Of a stretch of 64,000 nt of DNA, positions 37,122 through 45,856 are shown one piece after another (position 1 is the stretch's first letter; the number at the start of each line of letters is the position of its first letter). This stretch comes from an uncultured Methylomirabilota bacterium (GTDB lineage: Bacteria; Methylomirabilota; Methylomirabilia; Methylomirabilales; 2-02-FULL-66-22). The stretch covers positions 416,001 through 480,000 of the forward strand of contig CAWJSJ010000001.1 of assembly GCA_963845565.1 (NCBI GenBank). The letters run 5' to 3'. Under the pieces are notes generated by a model. The model saw only the letters and a list, made by a program, of their open reading frames with translations, searched no databases and was not told the DNA's origin. The position numbers and the translations under genes were made by a program.

Positions 37122-37670
37122 ATGCGGGACAGCGTGGCGGGACGGACGGCGACAACGCGAGGCGGGACGGCAGTTCGGGTCCCGCGACTCTGGCCGATAG
37201 TCGGCATCCTGGCGACTCCGGTGGCCCTCGGGCTGGGGGTCTTCCTCCGCCGGTACCGGGGGGCGGATCGCACGGCCATGGCGCTGGGGGTTCTGGTCGG
37301 CGCTGGGATTTGTCTCGTCGTAGGTCTGGCCTGGTTTCAGCGCCGATTCGGCGGGACGAAAATGGACCGCCAGAGGTTGCGCTGGACGGGATTTCGCGTT
37401 GGGGCGATCGCGGGTGGCTGCGCGGGCGGCATCGGCGTGGTCCTCTTGGCGGTGCGGTGGGCCATCGATCAACTGGGCGGTCCCGTCGGTGAGCAGTTCG
37501 GCCCGGCGTTCCTGCGTGCGCTGCTGGCCCTCTGGTGGAAGACCCTTCCGGGTCTGCCGGCGTACCTGGCTGCCGGCATCGTGCTGGGAGGTGTGCTGGG
37601 ACTGGGCGTCGCCGAGGCGATCGGGGCCTGCGCGCGCCGAATCCCCAGCGAGGCACCCCGGGAAAAGTAG
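37122..37670 (+). CDS. Hypothetical membrane protein (about 4 TM helices)
   Basis: Hydrophobic segments; co-oriented with neighbours. Confidence 0.6.
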   Translation: MRDSVAGRTATTRGGTAVRVPRLWPIVGILATPVALGLGVFLRRYRGADRTAMALGVLVGAGICLVVGLAWFQRRFGGTKMDRQRLRWTGFRVGAIAGGCAGGIGVVLLAVRWAIDQLGGPVGEQFGPAFLRALLALWWKTLPGLPAYLAAGIVLGGVLGLGVAEAIGACARRIPSEAPREK

Positions 37671-37751
37671 CGGTTCTCCGGGTTTTTGATGAGTTCGCCG
37701 CGCGTCGTTGCCGCGCCGGTCGCGATCGCTCCCGTATAAGGATGACTTACG

Positions 37752-39158
37752 TTGTCAACCGTCCGGCTCCAGCGTCATGCCCCGTGTCCCTGCGGAAGCC
37801 TCCGCGCGCTCGCCGACTGCTGTCTGCCCTGGGAAGAGGCATTCCGACGCCTGGTCGCACGCCTGGCCGCGTTCGCCGCCGCGCCCACCGCGCGCCGGCT
37901 TGAGGGGCGCGCCGCGGCCGTGTTCTGGAATATCGAAGCACCCGACGACACCCCCCACGGCCGCAGCGCCGGGAGTGACGCCTGCTTTGCCGAATGGTTC
38001 CTGCACGACTACGTCGCACCGAAGCGAACGGGTCCGCTGCTGGGGGAGTTCGCCGACGGGGCGGACGGTTTGATCGGTCGCGAAGAGCGGTTGCTCTTCT
38101 CCATGCTGCTCACACCAATTCGAGCCTTCGAGATCGCGGAACCCCCGGGTCCTCGGGGGGTGGCAGTGAAGGATCTGTTGGCGGGATCCGAATGGGTGCT
38201 GGGGCCGCTCGGGGTGCCGGATGGGTTGATCCGGTCCGACGTGTGTATCGGTCGGCTGCTCCCGGTCGGGCGACTCGGGCGGCCCGGGATCGGCCTGCTC
38301 AGGCTTCCGCCGGGAAGTCAAGGGGAGTTGATGGCCTATCTCCGCGCCACCTACCGGTTGTCGCGGGCCGGCCGGCACGTGTCGCTGGAGGATTACGCCG
38401 ACAGGGCGGGGCACCTGTATCACCATTTTTTTCTCGATCGCGGACGAGAACTGGGTGGGCGCGCCCACCGCACCTGTCGATGGACGCCGTTCATCGCCGG
38501 ACAGATCCGGTACCGCGGGGACGAGACAGCGCGTATCCGGGCGGCGTTGAATCGCCAGCCCGAACTCGAACCGGTGACGGACTGGGAGGACGGAGCACGC
38601 TACCTCTGGCTGGACCCGGTGCAAGGCGTGACAGCGGGGACGGTTTGGTTTCGAGGGGACGAGATTCAAGCGTCTGCCGAGACCGAGGAGGATCTGGGAC
38701 GACTGGGCGGATTCCTCGAGTTGTGCTTGCGCGGTCTGGTGCGGCGAGAGCCGGCGGAAGCCGCGCCCACCGCACCCGTTGCTCCGGCAAGTGCGGCGCG
38801 ACACGGGGCGGGGTCGGCAGGAGCGGTCTTCATCCGGGGGTTCTTGGAGCGTTGGCCGGAGATGGCGTCGCCGACGCTCTCCGACGAGACCCCGCGGGAG
38901 GCGTGCCGATCGGCGGCCGGCCGCGAGGCGGTGGTCCAGCTGCTTCTTGGGCTCGAGCGGGACATGGCGCGCCAGAAGCGGCTCGACCGGGCGTGGGGCG
39001 AGATCGGACCGCTCTGGGAACGACTGAGCCTGTCGCCCCCGCCTCCGCAGCACGGATCAGCGGGCGAGGAGCGCGTGCCGTCGGTGACGCCACACCCGAG
39101 GTCGTCAAAACCGAGTGGTGACGGGCGGGCGGGCGGTCGGGCGTCGAAACGGACGTGA
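37752..39158 (+). CDS. SEC-C motif protein
   Basis: N-terminal PCPCGS....DCC; C-terminal W.....P.L...TPREA segment. Confidence 0.7.
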   Translation: MSTVRLQRHAPCPCGSLRALADCCLPWEEAFRRLVARLAAFAAAPTARRLEGRAAAVFWNIEAPDDTPHGRSAGSDACFAEWFLHDYVAPKRTGPLLGEFADGADGLIGREERLLFSMLLTPIRAFEIAEPPGPRGVAVKDLLAGSEWVLGPLGVPDGLIRSDVCIGRLLPVGRLGRPGIGLLRLPPGSQGELMAYLRATYRLSRAGRHVSLEDYADRAGHLYHHFFLDRGRELGGRAHRTCRWTPFIAGQIRYRGDETARIRAALNRQPELEPVTDWEDGARYLWLDPVQGVTAGTVWFRGDEIQASAETEEDLGRLGGFLELCLRGLVRREPAEAAPTAPVAPASAARHGAGSAGAVFIRGFLERWPEMASPTLSDETPREACRSAAGREAVVQLLLGLERDMARQKRLDRAWGEIGPLWERLSLSPPPPQHGSAGEERVPSVTPHPRSSKPSGDGRAGGRASKRT

Positions 39159-39192
39159 CGGAGTTGTTTGTATTCATCAGAGGAGAGGTCGC

Positions 39193-39492
39193 ATGGATCC
39201 AGTTCAAGAAGGAGTCGGGGGCGACCCGACGGCGTTCCAGCAACAGGTCGAGGCCGCCTTGGCCAAGGTCCGCCCGGCACTGCAGGCGGATGGGGGCGAC
39301 ATCGTGCTGGTGGCGGTGGATGGGCAGGACGCCCGGGTGCGCCTGAAGGGCGCTTGCCACGGGTGACCAGGCGCTCAGCGGACACTCCAGTTCGGAGTGC
39401 AGCGTTTTCTGCAGCACGAGGTGCCGGGCTTCGGGCGCGTGATCGACGACGCGGAGAACGACGAAGAAGACGAGTGGATTAAGCGGATGTGA
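39193..39492 (+). CDS. NifU/NfuA C-terminal-domain protein, probable selenoprotein (TGA at 39364 = Sec)
   Basis: KVRPALQADGGDI.LV..RLKGACHG-TGA-PGAQRTLQFGVQRFL..EVP; homology continues past the TGA; SECIS-like hairpin present. Confidence 0.85.
39371..39405 (+). promoter_or_regulatory. Bacterial SECIS-like hairpin
   Basis: CACTCC-AGTTC-GGAGTG with the apical loop 22 nt after UGA and G in loop position 2; lower stem GCGCT/AGCGT. Confidence 0.7.
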
Positions 39493-40342
39493 CGGGACCG
39501 GCGGCGCCTTCGGACGGCGAGGCCTCGTGGGTGTGGCTGTGTGCCACGGCGGGGTGGTCGTGCTCGTGCTCGTGCCAGAGGCCTTCGTGCGCGTGGCGGT
39601 GACGATGGATCAAGTTGGCCGCCCGGAGGATTGTCCGGTTCTGTAGGATGCGCTCGGGAGGATCGGAGGCGAGAATGCGCCGGTCCTCTCCGAACACCAC
39701 CACCCGGCCGGCGATCTCGGGGACGATGTGAAGGTCGTTGGTGGAGGTGACGACGGTTTTCCCCTGCGCCTGCGCCTCCAAGATAAGATCCACCAGGATC
39801 CGGCTGCTCCGGGGGTCCAGACCCGCCGTGGGCTCGTCGAGCAAGAGGACCTGCGGATCCACCGCCAACATCGCGGCCAAGGCGACCTTCTTTTTCTCGC
39901 CCCCCGAGAGCGCAAACGGGGGGCGCTCCGCCAGTCCACGCAGACCGAACCGGTCCAAACCCTCCTGCATCTTCCGGCGCACGGCGTCCGGCGGATCGTT
40001 GAACTGAAGGGGCCCGAAGGCGATCTCGTCCTCGACGGTCGGATTGAAGAGTTGGGCGTCCACATTCTGGAACAGGACGCCGACCTCCTTTCGGAAGAAC
40101 ATCCCAAAGGGATCGCGGGAGAGGAGGGACTCGGTGATCTCCCGTCCGAAAGCCCGATAGCTCCCCTGCTGGGCGAAGAGGAGTCCTGCGAGGAGTTTGA
40201 GCAGGGTGGTCTTTCCGCAGCCGTTCGCCCCCAGCAGGACCACCCGCTCCCCGGTGTCGACCGTCAAAGAGATGCCCGCCAGCGCCGGGATGTCCGGTGC
40301 ATACGCGTAGCAGGCCGAATCCACTTCCAAAAGCACAGACAT
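39479..40342 (-). CDS. cbiO: ECF Ni/Co transporter ATPase (NikO/CbiO) with a His-rich tail
   Basis: GANGCGKT, QLFNPTV, LSGGEKK and DEPTAGLD motifs. Confidence 0.92.
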   Translation of the reverse strand: MSVLLEVDSACYAYAPDIPALAGISLTVDTGERVVLLGANGCGKTTLLKLLAGLLFAQQGSYRAFGREITESLLSRDPFGMFFRKEVGVLFQNVDAQLFNPTVEDEIAFGPLQFNDPPDAVRRKMQEGLDRFGLRGLAERPPFALSGGEKKKVALAAMLAVDPQVLLLDEPTAGLDPRSSRILVDLILEAQAQGKTVVTSTNDLHIVPEIAGRVVVFGEDRRILASDPPERILQNRTILRAANLIHRHRHAHEGLWHEHEHDHPAVAHSHTHEASPSEGAAGPVTSA

Positions 40343-40371
40343 TGGATGCCATCTCCCCTTCGTGAACGGGA

Positions 40372-41301
40372 TCAGGCGAAGTGCGCTCCGCCGCAGAGGG
40401 CGGCAACCAGCGCCACACATGCCCAATCCCGTAGCGCCAGCGGGCGTCCGGTGGGAACGCGGAACTCGCCCGTGAAGCCGCGCGCCGTCATCGCATCGGT
40501 GACCTCGGTCATCAAGTGGAGGCTCTTCTCCCAGGCGGCGGCGATGCGCGATCCCACCCACATCTGATCCGAGGCGAGCGGCCCCCGACAGATCGTCCGG
40601 CTCTTCTTGCCGAGATGGACCTCCTCTGACTGTCGGAGGAGCAGGTGCAGATAGCGGACGGCCATCCCGGCCGTGCACAGGAAGACGGCCGGGATGCGGA
40701 GCGACCGCAGGGAAGCGAGCAGGGCGGTCCAGCGCGTGGACAGCGTCAGGCACAAGACGGCGGTCACCGAGGCCAGTGTGCGGAGGAGGAACGTCGTCGC
40801 CGTGAGGAGGCCCTCGGCGCTGACGCCGATCGACGCCGGGATGGCATACGGGCCCAGCTGCCGGTCCGTGTCGAAGCGCAGGATGGGCAGGAAGACCTGA
40901 CCGCCGCTCGTCAGGTTGAGGGTGGCAGGGAGGGCCATCAGGGTCGAAAAGAGGAGAGCGATCAGGAGGCCGGCCCCCAGGATCTCGCGTGGGCGGATTC
41001 GCGAGGCGAGGACCGCGGCTGCGGCGAGCACGGCGTGTGCGGCCAGCGCGGGGAGAGAGGCCGCGAGGCTCGTGCTGACCAAGAAGAGCAGGGTGGCCAG
41101 CAGACGGGCACGCGGGTCCACTTGCTGCATGATCCCGGGCCGCCGGGCGATCTCCTCGCGGAGGTGGGCCTCGGCGAACACGGAGGCCAGCCGGCGCAGC
41201 GTCCGGTCGAGGTACCGGGTGCGGGGCGGCCGAAGTCCTCTGGCCTGCAGCGTCTCGAAAAACTGGCGCTCGCGCGGCGGAACCGTTCTGGGGTCCCTCA
41301 A
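40372..41301 (-). CDS. cbiQ: ECF transporter T component (NikQ/CbiQ)
   Basis: DPRARL, RYLHLL and AM.ARGF.G motifs; TTG start overlaps the upstream stop. Confidence 0.88.
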   Translation of the reverse strand: MRDPRTVPPRERQFFETLQARGLRPPRTRYLDRTLRRLASVFAEAHLREEIARRPGIMQQVDPRARLLATLLFLVSTSLAASLPALAAHAVLAAAAVLASRIRPREILGAGLLIALLFSTLMALPATLNLTSGGQVFLPILRFDTDRQLGPYAIPASIGVSAEGLLTATTFLLRTLASVTAVLCLTLSTRWTALLASLRSLRIPAVFLCTAGMAVRYLHLLLRQSEEVHLGKKSRTICRGPLASDQMWVGSRIAAAWEKSLHLMTEVTDAMTARGFTGEFRVPTGRPLALRDWACVALVAALCGGAHFA

Positions 41302-41633
41302 CGGGTCCCCTTCGTCAGCCAGCGCGTCAGGACGTAGGCGCCCCCCCCGCACAGGCCGACGCCGACGAAAGCGGAGAGAACGTACGACAAGCTGCGATGA
41401 GCAAGCGGGGCCTCGTCCTGGCCCGGGAGCGCGTAATCCGGGATGGGGGCTTTCCAGAGATCTGACAGCCTCTCCATGCCCGAAGGGGCATACCCGATCA
41501 TCTGCCTCACCTCATCCAGGCCCCATTCGCCCCAGGCGCTGCCGGCGCGCAAAAGTTCCGGCAAATACAGCCCGATTGGGGAGAGCGCGGCCATCACGAG
41601 CAGGGCGACCCAGTACGGGCGGTACTCCTTCAT
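41298..41633 (-). CDS. NikN-like (PDGLE-type) accessory component
   Basis: LSPIGL..AWGEW..APIPDY motifs; two TM helices. Confidence 0.8.
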   Translation of the reverse strand: MKEYRPYWVALLVMAALSPIGLYLPELLRAGSAWGEWGLDEVRQMIGYAPSGMERLSDLWKAPIPDYALPGQDEAPLAHRSLSYVLSAFVGVGLCGGGAYVLTRWLTKGTR

Positions 41634-42322
41634 GGCGACACCTCGCCGCCGGCGGGTCGGAGGACCCAGGCCGACCGAGAGCCGTGGAGGTGATACACGA
41701 CCAGGGCGGTGAGCAGAGCCTCGACGAGGCCGAAGAGGAAAAGATGCTCCAGGACCATGACGGGGACCGTCACGGACAGGGGGTAGGGCGCGTACAGGGC
41801 CCGGCCATCGCCTGCCGTGTGGAGCCAGGGCTGGAGGCCGAACATCAGGGCGGTGGTGAAGGAGGCCGCCGTGAGGCCCAACCAACCGCCGATTCCCGCG
41901 GAGATCGCCTGCCCTTTGCGGGAGGGGAGGAGCCGGGACAGCACCCGGTATACGGCATAGCCCGTGAAGGGCATGACGAAGGCGATGTTCAGGCAATTGG
42001 CCCCGATCGCGGTGATCCCTCCGTCGCCGAACAGGAGGGCCTGGATGACCAGGGCGATACTTATGGCCAGCGCGGCGCCCCAGGGCCCCACGGCAACCGC
42101 GATCAGAACCCCACCGACGGCGTGGCCGGTGGTCGCGCCTGGAAGCGGGATGTTGAACATCATCACTAAGAACGAGAATGCCGCCGCAAGGGCCAGTAAC
42201 GGGGCGCGCCGCGCCGCCAGCGCCGTGCGGGCCTTGCGAGCGGCCAGGCCCCACAGGGGAATGCAAGCGGCGTACGTGGCGAGATAGGTGGGAGGACCGA
42301 GGTACCCATCCGGGATGTGCAT
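41630..42322 (-). CDS. cbiM: ECF S component NikM/CbiM
   Basis: MHIPDGYL N-terminus; QALLFGDGGITAIGAN motif. Confidence 0.95.
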   Translation of the reverse strand: MHIPDGYLGPPTYLATYAACIPLWGLAARKARTALAARRAPLLALAAAFSFLVMMFNIPLPGATTGHAVGGVLIAVAVGPWGAALAISIALVIQALLFGDGGITAIGANCLNIAFVMPFTGYAVYRVLSRLLPSRKGQAISAGIGGWLGLTAASFTTALMFGLQPWLHTAGDGRALYAPYPLSVTVPVMVLEHLFLFGLVEALLTALVVYHLHGSRSAWVLRPAGGEVSP

Positions 42323-42347
42323 TGGGACTCCCTGCGGTGCGTCGGTA

Positions 42348-42372
42348 TGGCACCACGGTGCAGTTCGTGCCA
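42348..42372. promoter_or_regulatory. Putative NikR operator
   Basis: TGGCAC-N13-GTGCCA palindrome between nikR and cbiM. Confidence 0.6.
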
Positions 42373-42392
42373 CCGCCGCAACAAAAAAAAGC

Positions 42393-42812
42393 TTACCCGA
42401 GCGCATGCCCTTCCGCGGTGGCGGAGAAGGTGCCGTGCTTGACGCCGCGCGTGCCGATGAGACGATCGGCGATCACTTTCAATTCGTTGGCCTTGCCCCG
42501 TAACACCAGGACCTCCAGGCAGTGGTGCGGATCGAGGTGCACGTGCAGCGTGGAGACAATAGTGCGGTAGTGCGCGTGCTGGAGGTCGGTGAGCTTATCC
42601 GCCAGTTCGCGCACCTCGTGGTTATACACCAACGTCAGCGTTCCCACCGTCTCGGCGGTCCCGAGATCCCACTGTTCCCGCACGAGACTTTCCCGGATCA
42701 GGTCCCGGAGGGCCTCCGACCGGTTGCTGTATCCCTTCCGGTGGATCAGCCGGTCAAACTGTTGCAGGAGCGGTTCTTCAAGCGACACGCCGAATCGGGT
42801 GACACCGGACAT
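42393..42812 (-). CDS. nikR: Nickel-responsive regulator
   Basis: RFGVSL..NRSEALRDLIR, QH..HVHLD...CLEV. Confidence 0.96.
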   Translation of the reverse strand: MSGVTRFGVSLEEPLLQQFDRLIHRKGYSNRSEALRDLIRESLVREQWDLGTAETVGTLTLVYNHEVRELADKLTDLQHAHYRTIVSTLHVHLDPHHCLEVLVLRGKANELKVIADRLIGTRGVKHGTFSATAEGHALG

Positions 42813-43043
42813 ACGACCTCCACACAGAATATATTGCCAACTTCCCGGCCTGGATGCAAGCCCGATCTGGGCGTTGTCCGTGGATGCCGTCCAGGCGGAT
42901 GGGGTGTTGCCGTGCGGTGCCGCCGCCAGGCTTCACGCCGGGGGGGGCGCGGCCAGGATGCAATACTTGACTGGAGCAATAAGATCGTTGATTATCGGAG
43001 GTAACGTATCGGTATGTGCCACACGGGGAAAGGGGAGCGCTCT

Positions 43044-43973
43044 ATGGCAACCAGCGAGATCACGCCGCGCGTTGACGCCGTGCGGGTTTTCAACCGGTTT
43101 TACACCAAACACATCGGCGTCTTGCACGAGGGGCTGCTGGGGAGCCGGTTCTCTCTCACCGAGGTGCGTGTGCTCTACGAACTCGCCCACCGGGAGCAAC
43201 CGACGGCCGCGGACCTGATTCGAGAGCTGGGGTTGGACGCCGGCTACCTGAGCCGCATTCTGCGGGGTTTCGCGAAGCGCGGCCTGATCACCAAGACGCG
43301 GTCCACCGCCGACCGCCGGCAAGCACTGTTGTCACTGACCGCCCGCGGACGGAAAGCCTTCGCCCCTCTCAACGCCCGCTCGCATGCGGAAGTGGCCGCC
43401 ATGTTGACCGGCCTTTCCGTCGCGCGGCAAGGCCGTTTGATCGAGGCGATGGGCACGATCCAGACGGTGCTCGGTGCCCAACCCGAACCGAAGATCGCGT
43501 ATGTGCTGCGACCCCATCAGCCGGGGGATATGGGGTGGATCATCCATCGTCATGGGGTACTGTATGCGCGGGAGTACGGATGGGATGAGACCTTCGAGGC
43601 CCTGGTGGCGGAGATCGCGGCGAAGTTCATCCGGCATCTCGACCCCAAACGGGAGCGGTGTTGGATCGCGGAGCGGGAGGGGGGTATCGTCGGCTCGGTG
43701 TTCCTGGTCAGGAAATCCGAAACGGTGGCGCAGTTGCGTCTGATGTATGTGGAGCCCGACGCGCGGGGGTTGGGCATCGGCCGGCGCCTGGCCGAGGAAT
43801 GCATCCGCTTCGGGCGACAAGCGGGGTACCGAAAGATGGTGCTCTGGACCAACAGTGTCCTGGTGGCGGCCCGGCACATCTACCAAGCGGCGGGTTTTCG
43901 CCTGGTCCATTCGGAGCCGCATCATAGCTTCGGTCATGATCTGATCGGCGAGACCTGGGAGTTGCCGCTGTAA
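43044..43973 (+). CDS. MarR-HTH / GNAT fusion protein
   Basis: FNRFYT..LDAGYLSR; PGDMGW..FEALVAEI; LWTNSVL motifs. Confidence 0.9.
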   Translation: MATSEITPRVDAVRVFNRFYTKHIGVLHEGLLGSRFSLTEVRVLYELAHREQPTAADLIRELGLDAGYLSRILRGFAKRGLITKTRSTADRRQALLSLTARGRKAFAPLNARSHAEVAAMLTGLSVARQGRLIEAMGTIQTVLGAQPEPKIAYVLRPHQPGDMGWIIHRHGVLYAREYGWDETFEALVAEIAAKFIRHLDPKRERCWIAEREGGIVGSVFLVRKSETVAQLRLMYVEPDARGLGIGRRLAEECIRFGRQAGYRKMVLWTNSVLVAARHIYQAAGFRLVHSEPHHSFGHDLIGETWELPL

Positions 43974-44070
43974 GCGAATGCAGAGCCGGGAAGCGGTGGG
44001 CGCGGAGGGGGCCGTGTCTTGGCGTCATAATGGGGAAGTGCCCGGCGCGCTGGTTGGGGCGGGCGTGAGA

Positions 44071-44988
44071 ATGCGCCCCGATGTGCGTGGGCTCCTGCCT
44101 GTCGCTGCGGCTGCCGCCGCCGGGATACTGGTCGGCACGGCGATGGTGGCCACGCGGTTTGTCATCGGTCAGACGGCTCCCGCGTCGCTCGCGTTTCTGC
44201 GCTACCTCATCGGGTGCTGCTGCTTGGTCCCGCCGCTCCTGCTCTCTGGCGGTTTACATTTCGAGCGACGCGACCTGGTTCCCATCGGTCTGCTCGGGAT
44301 CACCCAGTTCGGCATCCTGATCGCCCTGCTGAATTTCGCGCTGCAATACATTCCGTCGGGTCGCGCGGCCCTGATATTCGCCACCGTGCCCCTGCTGACG
44401 ATGCTGCTGGCAACACTCCTCGGACAAGAGCGACTCACCGTGGCGAAGACCCTGGGGGTGCTCGTTACCATCGTCGGGGTGGCTTTCGCGCTCGGCGACA
44501 AGGCGGTGGGATCGGGTGGCGCGGCCCACCAGTGGGTTGGAGAACTTGCCGTGCTGGCGAGCGCCCTCTGCGGCGCCGTGTGTAGCGTCCTCTACCGACC
44601 GTACCTTCGCAAGTACCCGCCAGTGGCCGTCAGCGCGCTGGCCATGCTGTCTTCAGTCGGATTCCTGGCACTGCTCGCCGCCACGGAAGGCTTCTTCGAC
44701 GCGTGGCCCGCCTTTACCCCCGGCGGGTGGCTCGCCATCCTGTTCATCGGCGCGAGCAGCGGGATCGGCTACTATCTCTGGCTATGGGCGCTGAATCACA
44801 CGACCGCGACCAAGGTCACCGTGTTCCTGGCGCTCAGCCCCATCACGGCCGCTGTGCTGGGCGCTGTGTTCCTCGCAGAACTACTGTCGCCGATGTCCTG
44901 GCTCGGGATCGTCGGCGTTGGGCTCGGCCTGTGGGTTGCGCACCGGGACGACTCTTTGGCGGTGGTCCCCGGCGGAAAGCGGGCGTGA
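44071..44988 (+). CDS. EamA/DMT family transporter
   Basis: About 10 TM helices in a duplicated EamA pattern. Confidence 0.88.
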   Translation: MRPDVRGLLPVAAAAAAGILVGTAMVATRFVIGQTAPASLAFLRYLIGCCCLVPPLLLSGGLHFERRDLVPIGLLGITQFGILIALLNFALQYIPSGRAALIFATVPLLTMLLATLLGQERLTVAKTLGVLVTIVGVAFALGDKAVGSGGAAHQWVGELAVLASALCGAVCSVLYRPYLRKYPPVAVSALAMLSSVGFLALLAATEGFFDAWPAFTPGGWLAILFIGASSGIGYYLWLWALNHTTATKVTVFLALSPITAAVLGAVFLAELLSPMSWLGIVGVGLGLWVAHRDDSLAVVPGGKRA

Positions 44989-45259
44989 ATCCGGCGGATG
45001 ACAAATCGCCAGGGACCGCGCGGGGGGATGCGATGCGCCAGTAGCACTGAACCGGGTCAAGGGCAAATCTGATGGTTAGCGGGGCATATTTCGAACATTT
45101 CCCCCCCCGTTTGTAGTCGCACGTCCTCCTTGTAACAACTCTGATCCAATGCGCACTGTTCGTTGGTAATCCGCGCCGTTGATGTGCTACGATCCGCCCC
45201 CAAGGCGATCCCGTAAGGATCTGGGTGTCGGTGTTCGGACGGGACCATGCAGGAGCGAT

Positions 45260-45802
45260 ATGCCGAGTCGGTTGATCATCGTATTGAGCGTCCTGTATCC
45301 CGTGGTGGTGTACGTTGGGGGCCGGTATTTTCCGCCGCAAGCGCTCGCGCTGGTCCTTGCGCTGGTCGTCCTGACGCGCAGGACGGGTGCCTTCGGCGTC
45401 CGGATCGGCCCCTGGTCGGTGGCGTGCGGTCTGATTCTGGCCGTTCTGGCGTTCGGACTCAACGACGCGCTGCCGCTCAAGATGTATCCCGTGGCGGTGA
45501 ACGCATCCCTGCTGGCGATCTTTGCCTCCAGCCTGAGATACCCGCCCCCCATCGCCGAGCGCATCGCCCGCATCCGCGTTCCCGACCTTCCGCCGGAGGC
45601 GGTGGCGTACACGCGCAAGGTGACGCAGGCGTGGTGCGCCTTTTTCGTGGTGAATGCGTTGGTCGCCTTGTGGACCGCCACCCGGTGGCCGGTCCAGGCG
45701 TGGTTCTACTACAACGGGATCATCGCCTATCTCCTGGTCGGGGTCATGTTCGGCGCTGAGTGGCTGGTGCGGCGACGCGTGCTGGCGGGGTACCATTGGT
45801 GA
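45260..45802 (+). CDS. COG4648-type membrane protein (as found in aryl-polyene-like clusters)
   Basis: YPV.VN..F..SL...P.AERIAR..YTRKVT.AW..FF..N..W..YNG.IAY motif. Confidence 0.85.
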   Translation: MPSRLIIVLSVLYPVVVYVGGRYFPPQALALVLALVVLTRRTGAFGVRIGPWSVACGLILAVLAFGLNDALPLKMYPVAVNASLLAIFASSLRYPPPIAERIARIRVPDLPPEAVAYTRKVTQAWCAFFVVNALVALWTATRWPVQAWFYYNGIIAYLLVGVMFGAEWLVRRRVLAGYHW

Positions 45803-45856
45803 GGAGGGCGAAGGCATCGCGGCAGTCGCAGATCCAAGGGGAACACGGGGCATGCG

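Noticed and set aside
39115..39366. 83-aa ORF read as a truncated nifU pseudogene
   Set aside because: The stop falls on the conserved Cys codon with downstream homology and a SECIS-like hairpin, so Sec recoding fits better
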